Source: Octopus vulgaris (Eukaryota). From it: 64,000 nt of DNA. Below the pieces are notes generated by a model. That model did not search any database. It saw only the letters and a list, made by a program, of their open reading frames with translations, and was not told where the DNA came from. Positions 23,782 through 35,826 of the stretch are shown here, one piece after another. The stretch's first letter is position 1. Every line of letters begins with the position of its first letter. Both the position numbers and the translations under genes were made by a program. The stretch lies in NCBI GenBank assembly GCA_951406725.2, contig OX597826.1, forward strand, positions 71,548,001 through 71,612,000, written 5' to 3'.

Positions 23782-24418
23782 CATGGTTCTTATGACTGAT
23801 TGCTCTTTCTATCACTAATTCCACTCTACACCCTGGATAGCATGCACTCTATCAAGTCACCAGCGCTTGAGAAGTTGCTATCTGCAATGGGACTAAGCAC
23901 TCCTCTGGCTGTGAAATTAAGAAGCCTGCTTCCCAACCTGATGGTTTCAAGTTCAGTTCCACTGAGTGACACCTTGGACAAGTGTAGTGAAGAGTCAGTG
24001 CTGTGGGCTGACCAAAATCTTGTGAGTGGATCTGGTAGATGGAAAGGACCAAGATGCCTGGCACTTTGTTGTACTGAAGAAGACGCACTCTGCAGCAGAA
24101 GTGTAAAGACCAATCCTTCTGGTAGTGTAAAGCACTCGTGTGGCACTATGTGAAAGTGCCTGTGTGCCACCATGTAAATGCACCCGTGCAGTGCCACGTA
24201 AAAGCACCCATGCGGTGCCATATAAAAGCACCCACCAAACTCTGTAAAGTAGTTGGCATTAGGAAGAGCATCCAGCTGCAGAAACCATGCCAAAACAATG
24301 CCAGGCTGGAGTCTGGTGCAGCTCCCCAGCTTGTGAGCTGTGGTCAAACTGTCTGACCCATGCCAACATGGACAATGGACATCAAATGACAATGACAGTG
24401 AAACTGAAAGAATTCCAC

Positions 24419-24478
<60 letters not shown>

Positions 24479-24501
24479 TATATACACACACACAGTGGAA
24501 T

Positions 24502-24565
<64 letters not shown>

Positions 24566-24696
24566 TAGTTGAATGAATTATCATAGTATGGATAATTCCA
24601 TTAACTGGGTAGCAAATTCACATCAGAAAAAGCTACATGCCAAGGGCAGAGATCACATGCTTTTGTGTGGAAATTTGTGTGATTTTTTACTATAAA

Positions 24697-24835
24697 TAAA
24701 TGAAAGAATGGAGTTTAAAGATGATTTAACAAAATTCCTTTATCCTCAACATATGTTTCAAAGACTGCATAGTCTTTGAAACATATGTTGAGAATAAAGG
24801 AATTTTGTTAAATTGTCATTCAACTCCATTCTTTC

Positions 24836-24840
<5 letters not shown>
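24697..24840. repeat. About 145-bp imperfect palindrome of Penelope-like terminal sequence
   Basis: TAAATGAAAGAATGGAGTT...CATATGTTTCAAAGACT|GCAT|AGTCTTTGAAACATATG...AACTCCATTCTTTCATTTA. The arms are homologous to 25691-25760. Confidence 0.85.
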
Positions 24841-24883
<43 letters not shown>

Positions 24884-25248
24884 CTTTTACTTGTTTCAAC
24901 ACCAGCAATCATTAGTTATAACAACAACAAACAAAAATAGCAAGTAAGCAGCTGAACAATTTAAATGTGTTGAGTGAACCATGACAGGACAATACACTAC
25001 CCCCACTCCAACATTTTCCCATCTCTCAAGAACTGGATTCCAGTTCACACCTGCTTCTATTGTACTTTAGAAGCTGGAACAGTAGTAGAGGTCAAGCAAT
25101 CAATGGCAATAACTGAAATGACCTTCCATTGATCAGAGATTGTAATATAAGCCTAGTACTTATTCTTTCAGTCTCTTTGGCTGAACTGCTAAGTTATGGG
25201 GACATAAACACACCAGCATCAATTGTCAAGCGGTGTTGGGGATAAACA

Positions 25249-25308
<60 letters not shown>

Positions 25309-25613
25309 CAGGCGGCGAGCTGGCAGCACATGGGGCGAAATGCTTAGTGGTATTTCGTCTGTCGTTAAGTTCTGAGTTCAAATTCCGCCGAGGTCGACTT
25401 TGCCTTTCATCCTCTCGGGGTCGATAAATAAAGTACTGGGTCGATGTAATCGACTTAATCCCTTTGTCTGTTCTTGTTTGTCCCCTCTATGTTTAGCCCC
25501 TTAGTAGTAAAGAAAATATATATATATATATATATAGTTCAGCCATGGGCTCTTAAAGAGCCTCCTCGTTCAAATTGCTTTGCTGCGCCTCTGTTCTGTT
25601 TTGTTCTGCCAAC

Positions 25614-25725
25614 GGAATTCCTATTTTTTTCCTGAAGAGAAAGCCACAATATGGTATCCTTATTTAATCAGAATTTGGAAAATTGTGGCTTTTGAAACAT
25701 GTGTAGAATGCAATAAAAGGAATTC
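25614..25725 (+). ncRNA. Candidate type I hammerhead ribozyme (Penelope-like element associated)
   Basis: CTGAAGA (25632), 11-bp helix II AAAGCCACAAT/ATTGTGGCTTT, GAAAC (25694), short helix III, GTA cleavage triplet (25703-25705), and helix I TTC/GAA extended by GAATTCCT/AGGAATTC. Confidence 0.6.
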
Positions 25726-25923
25726 TGTTCAATCTTCGTTCAACTCCATTTCTTCAATTCACTAATAATATTAAAATTCAATTATCCGCACCAACGCACG
25801 GTTGCAACACCAAATGGTTTTATCTCCAACCGTGCTTTCTTCTGCTGTGATTTTTGCTACCAAGGTATCGGTTAAACTTTTGATTAATCTGCAACAAGAT
25901 TATTCATCTTTCTATTTCACCAA

Positions 25924-25967
<44 letters not shown>

Positions 25968-26633
25968 AGCTTCTTTCAGTTTCTGTCTACCAAATCCACT
26001 CACAAGGCTTTGGTCGGCCCAAGGCTATTGTAGAAGACACTTGCCCAAGGTGCCACGCAGTGGGACATTACACATATTATACAGTCCAAGTGAAATCAAG
26101 AAAAAAATCAGAGAAAAGAATTTTATTAATAAATTCCAACCCAAGCTAAAACACACAATAATAATAATAATAGTATTTAGTGGTACTTTTTACAACTGCT
26201 ACAACTAATAACAACAACAACAATGCTAAAGGCGCTCGGCTGGAAAATACTAGCTAAGTCAAGAGAAAAGTCAGTAAAAATAATCTTATAATACCACAGC
26301 TACTCCTACCACTATCACCACCACCACCAACAACAACAACAATAATAAAGGTGATGATAATGGTGATGATGATAATTGAGATGTAAAAAATTCCTTGGAA
26401 ATGTTTACAACATTTCTAAAAGTAGCTTAAAAATTACTGCTTTGGCCAGGGTCAAATACAGGTCTCTTGTCATGTTCAACCAACTGTGACACCTAAATCA
26501 GACACCACTCATGTTAAGTAATTTGATAAAGCCATGCACTGACTGGGCAGAATACAGTTTGCAAAACTTAACATTCTGGAGCCTATACAAATGTATTTAT
26601 GGCACACAGTTTAGCCATCTCACTACAGTTGTA

Positions 26634-26773
26634 TTAGGTTGTCCCAAAAGTTCGTAAACACTTGCGAAAATTGAATTTTTACTCGCCAAGTATTAACAAA
26701 ACAACAAAAATTATTCCTCAAAATAAAGACCATTATTTTCCAAGACTTTCTACGAACTTTTGGGACAACCTTA
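26634..26773. mobile_element. Tc1/mariner-type MITE
   Basis: 21-bp perfect TIR AGGTTGTCCCAAAAGTTCGTA / TACGAACTTTTGGGACAACCT with TA flanks. Confidence 0.85.
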
Positions 26774-27079
26774 TAAATGGTAAAACATAACTGTCACCAC
26801 TACTATATGAACCTGAAGATTGCATAGTTTAATTCATGAAAGTACTAGTTCAATCAGAATGGACATTTAATATTCTACCATTTCATTATATTATATTATC
26901 TTATATTATGTTATTATAAGATAGTAAATAAAATGTGAAAATCAAAGTTTGAGTTTGTTTTTTTTAATAATATGTATACATATTTGAAATTTACAGAAAA
27001 ACAAAAGATGAGGACAGCTGTATAAACAACAAGCTGGTGTATTAGTTTGATGCTCAGGAAAGTGAGAAAGTCTTTGTTA

Positions 27080-27296
27080 ACAATAAACAAGAGGAGGACA
27101 AATATCCGTTGAATGTAAATAATGTAAATAATTAGTCACATTATAGAAAATATGTATAATTTTATATAAAATCATATTATACAAAACGTAAGATACTTGA
27201 CACTGCTTCTTAGCTACAAGATCTTGAATGCGTGGTTGAATGCCAGGGAGTGCACAATGTAAGTCCCTTTCAAGATTCAGCCTGTTTTTGTACTTG
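27080..27296 (-). mobile_element. hAT (Buster/Charlie-type) transposase C-terminal fragment
   Basis: KYKNRLNLERDLHCALPGIQPRIQDLVAKKQCQVSY matches the KYRNRL...DLR.ALS...PRI..L..KKQ.Q.SH terminus of this family. Confidence 0.7.
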
Positions 27297-28248
27297 CAAA
27301 AAAGGTACCCAGTGCACACTGTAAAATGGTCGGCATTAGAAAGGGCACGCAGCTGTAGAAATTATGCCAAAGCTGGGTGTTTGATACAGCATTGCAGCTT
27401 ACCAGATCTTGTCTCAAACCGTCTAATACATTCTAGCATAGAAAACGGATGTTAGATGACGATGATGATGATGATGACGATGATGATGAGAGTGAGAAGG
27501 AGGATCCAGTTTCTTTCTCTCTCTGCTCATTTCTGCTTCATCATTCATTTACACCAACATTACACATCCAATGGCACATGCCCACCTTATTTCTTTCCAG
27601 CCTTCACATAGCTTCTGCAGTCAGTGCCCAGGCTTTTGCTGCCGTGTAATATCAGACATTTTAACTCCAAGCATCATACAAGCTGTTCTGTACTTGAAGT
27701 GAGAATCTGTCTGTTACCAACAGAGGTAACATTTTTCAAACATGTCCTTACCCTGGTTACTTTGTTTTCGGAACACTCACCCTCTTTATAGCTGATTAGT
27801 TTATCTAATTCAGTGGTTCTCAAACTTTTTAATATCCAGGCCAAACCCAGAACCTCAATGCTTTTAGGGGGTCACAGCAAAAAATGTAAAACACAAGTCA
27901 AATAATTAAAGAACTTAAAAAATACTGGAGTTAATCCGTTTAACTTAGCACATTAAAGCAGTACCCCAGCATAATTGCAGTCTAACGACCGAGATAAGTA
28001 AAATGTTACCAACAAAAGAGAGGATGACCACATCAGAGATGGCAAGAGTCCTGTCCTTTCTCTCACTAGCTAAAATTTTTGTCTTAGTCATGTTTATTTT
28101 AACCCTACATTTTGCTTTCATATTTCAAATTTCTTCACTAATTCTTAGACAAATTCAGCTATGACAACTGACGTCATTGACATACAAATTTTCCCATTAA
28201 CAGTCAGTAGCAATAATAAACAGAATTCAACTGAGAATTAAGATTTAA

Positions 28249-28460
28249 CCTTTTCACTACCATATTTATGCTCTGTTTCTTTCAATTAATTTTAAATATA
28301 ACAAAGAATTTAGAAAAATAACTTAGTTATCATTCAGCTAGTGTTTAGGAACATAAAATGTGACTAAGGTTTGGTGGAAGATTTTAATTCAAAACTTATG
28401 AAAACAAAACATTCGTACTCAGAGCCAGAGGCAGTTTCAGCCGGGTTGGTACTGAAAGGG
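28249..28460. mobile_element. piggyBac-type MITE
   Basis: TTAA|CCTTTTCACTACCA ... TGGTACTGAAAGGG|TTAA. Confidence 0.8.
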
Positions 28461-28982
28461 TTAAGGCAGTTGTTCTCAACAAAAGACTATATGAACCTAG
28501 GGGGTTTCGTATAAGATTTTGTTGTTAAAATTTAGGCACGATAAATTGGTTATACTTTAAAAAAATATTTAACATCAAATGGCTATGAGGGTCCACTCAA
28601 AGAAAGTAGGAATCAAAGGGGTTCATAGGCAAAAAACATGCTCTAATGGATACCCAAAGACAAAGTAAATTGCAAGCTGAACTCACTGCTAACTCTCACC
28701 TTACTGACAGCCTCTCTGTCCCTGATTAGAATGACCTTCACAATCCAATCACCCAGACCTAGATTTCTTACCAACCACCGACTTCAGTGTGAAATCCTGC
28801 CAAAAGCTTTCTCTGTCTAGAAGTGGTCTGTTCTGAGGTAAGAACAGACAGTTGTTCCTGTAGGAAATGTGCCTCACTGGTAAGCCACCCTGGCACAAAC
28901 CTTAACTAAAGTCTTATCTAAGCTAAATTCTCTCCCTAATCACTTGTGCTTTCTTTTTTATCTTTTACTTGGCACACATACT

Positions 28983-31900
28983 GGTGGCACATAATAAGTA
29001 CCATTCAAGCAGAGGTCAATGCCAGTGCCACCTGACTGGCTCCCCATGCTGGTGGCACATAATAAGTACCATTCAAGCATGGGTCAATGCCAGTGCCACC
29101 TGACTGGCTCCTCATGCTGGTGGCACATAATAAGTACCATTCAAGCATAGGTCAATGCCAGTGCCACCTGACTGGCTCCTCATGCGGGTGGCACATAATA
29201 AGCACCATTCAAGCATAGGTCAATGCCAGTGCCACCTGACTGGCTCCTCATGCTGGTGGCACATAATAAGTACCATTCAAGCATAGGTCAATGCCAGTGC
29301 CACCTGACTGGCTCCCCATGCTGGTGGCACATAATAAGCACCATTCAAGCATAGGTCAATGCCAGTGCCACCTGACTGGCTCCCCATGCTGGTGGCACAT
29401 AATAAACACCATTCAAGCATGGGTCAATGCCAGTGCCACATGACTGGCTCCCCATGCTGGTGGCACATAATAAGCACCATTCAAGCATAGGTCAATGCCA
29501 GTGCCACCTGACTGGCTCCCCATGCTGGTTGCACATAATAAGCACCATTCAAGCATAGGTCAATGCCAGTGTCACCTGACTGGCTCCCCATGCTGGTGGC
29601 ACATAATAAGCACCATTCAAGCATAGGTCAATGCCAGTGCCACCTGACTGGCTCCCCATGCTGGTGGCACATAATAAGTACCATTCAAGCATAGGTCAAT
29701 GCCAGTGCCACCTGACTGGCTCCCCATGCTGGTGGCACATAATAAGCACCATTCAAGCATAGGTCAATGCCAGTGCCACATGACTGGCTCCCCATGCTGG
29801 TTGCACATAATAAGCACCATTCAAGCATAGGTCAATGCCAGTGCCACATGACTGGCTCCTCGTGCTGGTGGCACATAATAAGCACCATTCAAGCATAGGT
29901 CAATGCCAGTGCCACCTGACTGGCTCCCCATGCTGGTTGCACATAATAAGTACCATTCAAGCATAGGTCAATGCCAGTGCCACATGACTGGCTCCTCGTG
30001 CTGGTGGCACATAATAAGCACCATTCAAGCATAGGTCAATGCCAGTGCCACATGACTGGCTCCTCGTGCTGGTGGCACATAATAAGCACCATTCAAGCAT
30101 AGGTCAATGCCAGTGCCACCTGACTGGCTCCCCATGCTGGTTGCACATAATAAGTACCATTCAAGCATAGGTCAATGCCAGTGCCACATGACTGGCTCCT
30201 CGTGCTGGTGGCACATAATAAGCACCATTCAAGCATAGGTCAATGCCAGTGCCACATGACTGGCTCCTCGTGCTGGCGGCACATAATAAGTACCATTCAA
30301 GCATGGGTCAATGCCAGTGCCACCTGACTGGCTCCCCATGCTGGTTGCACATAATAAGTACCATTCAAGCATAGGTCAATGCCAGTGCCACCTGACTGGC
30401 TCCTCGTGCTGGTGGCACATAATAAGCACCATTCAAGCATAGGTCAATGCCAGTGCCACATGACTGGCTCCTCGTGCTGGCGGCACATAATAAGTACCAT
30501 TCAAGCATGGGTCAATGCCAGTGCCACCTGACTGGCTCCCCATGCTGGTGGCACATAATAAGCACCATTCAAGCAGAGGTCAATGCCAGTGCCACCTGAC
30601 TGGCTCCCCATGCTGGTGGCACATAATAAGCACCATTCAAGCAGAGGTCAATGCCAGTGTCACCTGACTGGCTCCCCATGCTGGTGGCACATAATAAGCA
30701 CCATTCAAGCAGAGGTCAATGCCAGTGCCACCTGACTGGCTCCCCATGCTGGTGGCACATAATAAGCACCATTCAAGCAGAGGTCAATGCCAGTGTCACC
30801 TGACTGGCTCCCCATGCTGGTGGCACATAATAAACACCATTCAAGCAGAGGTCAATGCCAGTGCCACCTGACTGGCTCCCCATGCTGGTGGCACATAATA
30901 AGCACCATTCAAGCATGGGTCAATGCCAGTGCCACCTGACTGGCTCCTCGTGCTGGTGGCACATAATAAGCACCATTCAAGCATGGGTCAATGCCAGTGC
31001 CACCTGACTGGCTCCCCATGCTGGTGGCACATAATAAGCACCATTCAAGCATGGGTCAATGCCAGTGCCACCTGACTGGCTCCCCATGCTGGTGGCACAT
31101 AATAAACACCATTCAAGCAGAGGTCAATGCCAGTGCCACCTGACTGGCTCCTCATGCTGGTTGCACATAATAAGCACCATTCAAGCATGGGTCAATGCCA
31201 GTGCCACCTGACTGGCTCCTCGTGCTGGTGGCACATAATAAGCACCATTCAAGCATGGGTCAATGCCAGTGCCACCTGACTGGCTCCCCATGCTGGTGGC
31301 ACATAATAAGCACCATTCAAGCAGAGGTCAATGCCAGTGCCACCTGACTGGCTCCTCATGCTGGTGGCACATAATAAGCACCATTCAAGCAGAGGTCAAT
31401 GCCAGTGCCACCTGACTGGCTCCTCATGCTGGTGGCACATAATAAACACCATTCAAGCATGGGTCAATGCCAGTGCCACCTGACTGGCTCCTCATGCTGG
31501 TGGCACATAATAAGCACCATTCAAGCAGAGGTCAATGCCAGTGCCACCTGACTGGCTCCTCGTGCTGGTGGCACATAATAAGCACCATTCAAGCATGGGT
31601 CAATGCCAGTGCCACCTGACTGGCTCCTCATGCTGGTGGCACATAATAAGCACCATTCAAGCAGAGGTCAATGCCAGTGCCACCTGACTGGCTCCTCGTG
31701 CTGGTGGCACATAATAAGCACCATTCAAGCAGAGGTCAATGCCAGTGCCACCTGACTGGCTCCTCATGCTGGTGGCACATAATAAGCACCATTCAAGCAG
31801 AGGTCAATGCCAGTGCCACCTGACTGGCTCCTCGTGCTGGTGGCACATAATAAGCACCATTCAAGCAGAGGTCAATGCCAGTGCCACCTGACTGGCTCCT

Positions 31901-33261
31901 CATGCTGGTGGCACATAATAAGCACCATTCAAGCAGAGGTCAATGCCAGTGCCACCTGACTGGCTCCTCGTGCTGGTGGCACATAAGCACCATTCAAGCA
32001 TGGGTCAATGCCAGTGCCACCTGACTGGCTCCTCGTGCTGGTGGCACATAATAAACACCATTCAAGCATGGGTCAATGCCAGTGCCACCTGACTGGCTCC
32101 TCATGCTGGTGGCACATAATAAGCACCATTCAAGCAGAGGTCAATGCCAGTGCCACCTGACTGGCTCCTCGTGCTGGTGGCACATAATAAGCACCATTCA
32201 AGCAGAGGTCAATGCCAGTGCCACCTGACTGGCTCCTCATGCTGGTGGCACATAATAAACACCATTCAAGCATGGGTCAATGCCAGTGCCACCTGACTGG
32301 CTCCTCGTGCTGGTGGCACATAAGCACCATTCAAGCAGAGGTCAATGCCAGTGCCACCTGACTGGCTCCCCATGCTGGTGGCACATAATAAGCACCATTC
32401 AAGCAGAGGGTCAATGCCAGTGCCACCTGACTGGCTCCCCATGCTGGTGGCACATAATAAACACCATTCAAGCATGGGTCAATGCCAGTGCCACCTGACT
32501 GGCTCCTCATGCTGGTGGCACATAATAAGCACCATTCAAGCAGAGGTCAATGCCAGTGCCACCTGACTGGCTCCTCGTGCTGGTGGCACATAATAAGCAC
32601 CATTCAAGCATGGGTCAATGCCAGTGTCACATGACTGGCTCCTCATGCTGGTGGCACATAATAAGCACCATTCAAGCAGAGGTCAATGCCAGTGCCACCT
32701 GACTGGCTCCTCATGCTGGTGGCACATAATAAGCACCATTCAAGCAGAGGTCAATGCCAGTGCCACCTGACTGGCTCCTCATGCTGGTGGCACATAATAA
32801 GCACCATTCAAGCATGGGTCAATGCCAGTGCCACCTGACTGGCTCCTCATGCTGGTGGCACATAATAAGCACCATTCAAGCATGGGTCAATGCCAGTGCC
32901 ACCTGACTGGCTCCTCATGCTGGTGGCACATAATAAGCACCATTCAAGCAGAGGTCAATGCCAGTGCCACCTGACTGGCTCCTCATGCTGGTGGCACATA
33001 ATAAGTACCATTCAAGCATGGGTCAATGCCAGTGCCACCTGACTGGCTCCTCATGCTGGTGGCACATAATAAGCACCATTCAAGCAGAGGTCAATGCCAG
33101 TGCCACCTGACTGGCTCCTCATGCTGGTGGCACATAATAAGCACCATTCAAGCATGGGTCAATGCCAGTGTCACCTGACTGGCTCCTCATGCTGGTGGCA
33201 CATAATAAGTACCATTCAAGCATGGGTCAATGCCAGTGCCACCTGACTGGCCCCCTGTGCT
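28983..33261. repeat. Minisatellite, 63 tandem copies of a 68-bp unit
   Basis: Unit GGTGGCACATAATAAGCACCATTCAAGCA(TA/GA/TG)GGTCAATGCCAGTGCCACCTGACTGGCTCC(CCA/TCA/TCG)TGCT. The 4279-bp span equals 63x68 minus two 3-bp deletions plus one 1-bp insertion. Confidence 0.97.
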
Positions 33262-33440
33262 GGTGGCACGTAAAAAGCACCCACACACTCTTGGAGTGGT
33301 TGGTGTTAGGAAGGGCATGAAGCTGTAGAAAACATGTCAAATCAGATTAGAGCCTGGTGCAGCCTACTGCCTTGTCAGTCTCCAGTCAAACCGTCCAACC
33401 CATGCCAGCATGGAAAACGAATGTTAAATGATGATGATGA
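33262..33440 (+). mobile_element. Family-R 3' tail contiguous with the minisatellite
   Basis: GGTGGCACGTAAAAAGCACCCAC...AGGAAGGGCAT...CCAACCCATGCCAGCATGGAAAAC...GATGATGAT. Confidence 0.85.
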
Positions 33441-35732
33441 TTTGTTCCAGTCATCTGACTGCAGCCATGCAGTGGCACCACCTTGAAGAATTTTAGTCAA
33501 ACAGATCAACCCCCAGAACAGATGTTCTTTTTTTAAGCCTGATACCAATAGAATAATTCTATTGGTCTTTTTGCCAAACAGCTAAGTTACAGGGACATAA
33601 ACACACCAACACTGGTTGTCAAGCGATGTTGGGGGGGGGGACAAACACAAACACATAATCACACACACACAAACACACATACACAACATACTTCTTTCAG
33701 TTTCCATCTACCAAAATCCACTCACAAGGCTTTGGTCAGCCTGAGGCTCTGGTAGAAGACACTTGCCTAAAGTGCCACCCAGAAGGATTGAACCTGCAAA
33801 CAACTCTTTCAGATTAAGTCTCATAAATAAAAGAAGGATGCTGTAGATAGGACAATGTGATTAAGATGTGTGTATACACAAATAAATGCCATAGTCACAG
33901 CTGGGACTACTCTTCTCCCTCATTACCCACCTGAGTTTTAAACAACACCAGCAATCATTAGTTATAACAACAACAAACAAAAATAGCAGCTGAACAATTT
34001 AAATGTGTTGAGTGAACCATGACAGAACAATACACTACTCCCCCCACCTCCAACCATTTCCCATCTCTCAAGAACTGGATTCCAGTTCACAGCTGTTTCT
34101 ATTGTACTTTAGAAGCTGAAACAGTAGTAGAGGTCAAGCAATCAATGGCAATAACTGAAATGACCTTCCATTGGTCATAGATTGTAATATTTCTCTTTCT
34201 TTCAACATATGTGATCCTGAGGTTAGAGATAAGTGTGGGCAGGGCACTGCTTATTCTTGGTGAGTTATGTTAAAAGTGAGAGAACTCTGCAGAGTCTAGC
34301 ATACTAATTTGAATAGTACCTCTTCACCAGCCCAGTTCTCTTGGTTGCAAGTAGATAAGACAGTAAGATATCATTCAGTGAATTATGTCTACAATCAAGA
34401 TGATAGCATAGAGGGGTACAGTTCACTTCATTGAGTCCAGCACTGATACATTCTCCAGTTCAGTTCACTTAGGTACCACAGTCGGTATACTTCACTGTAA
34501 TACGTCTTTAGCAAAATCCAGCCCAAATATCTATTTTATGTTAAAACTGACTAGATCCAACCTCTCATACCTACCTTACAGTGACATTGGCATCTTGGGC
34601 AAGTGTCTTCTGCTATAGCCTCGGGCCGACCAAAGCCTTGTGAGTGGATTTGGTAGACGGAAACTGAAAGAAGCCCGTCGTATATATGTATATATATATA
34701 TATATATATATGCGTGTGTGTATTTGTGTGTCTGTGTTTGTCCCCCCTAGCATTGCTTGACAACCGATGCTGGTGTGTTTATGTCCCCGTTACTTAGTGG
34801 TTCGGCAAAAGAGACCGATAGAATAAGTACTGGGCTTACAAAAGAATAAGTCCCGGGGTTGAGTTGCTCGATTAAAGGTGGTGCTCCAGCATGGCCGCAG
34901 TCAAGTGACTGAAACAAGTAAAAGAGTAAATGCTTCATTGAAATTTTGAAGCTACAGAATGTGTGATTAATTCAAAACAATGTGAATAAATAACCATTAT
35001 ATTTGGCAAAGAAATCTCAATGCTAAATGGTCAACATTTCCATTCACCTACATATTGACACACAATGTCATATTCTTCTCAACCAGACTACTTTGCTCTA
35101 AACAGGCATGACATTGTGTTGCAGTCACGCTTTCTGTGTCCATAATTGAAGACGCTAAACCGTCATGTAAATAAGTACCACTGTGAGATATAGTGCACTG
35201 TGCAGTGTCCACAATGCAGTCTCACTCCACAGTCCAGTCTGTCTGGCTGTAAATAGGTACCACTACTTTAAACAGTGGCAGTACTGAAAAACAATCATTA
35301 AGAATGCTGTGCAATTAATTCAATTCTACTTGGTGTAGGTTGAGGCTGAAGAGACGTGATTAGCCCAAGTGTATGACAATTTTCATTAGCCACAGACAAA
35401 TTCCTGAGCAATGAAAGACAGATGGTATGCAAGACATTCATTTTTTTTTTATGTATTCCAACCAGCAAACAGCACACTGAAAGTGTATACTCTTTACTCT
35501 CTTTTACTCTTCTACTTGTTTCAGTCATTTTGACTGCGGCCATGCTGGAGCACCGCCTTTAGTCAAGCAAATCGACCCCGGGACTTATTCTTTGTAAGCC
35601 CATTACTTATTCTATCGGTCTCTTTTGACGAACCGCTAAGTGACAGGGACGTAAACACACCAGCATCGGTTGTCAAGCAATGTTAGGGGGACAAACACAG
35701 ACACACAAACATATACACACACATAAATATAC

Positions 35733-35769
<37 letters not shown>

Positions 35770-35826
35770 GTACGTTTAAATATTTGTTGTGCAAGATTTT
35801 TTATGTGAAGTCGTGTGTTGAAACAG

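Noticed and set aside
32266-32566. ORFs within the minisatellite
   Set aside because: They arise only where small indels remove the TAATAA stops; no coding signal.
28983-33261. CRISPR-like array
   Set aside because: Units are contiguous and near-identical with no unique spacers, there are no cas genes, and the context is eukaryotic.
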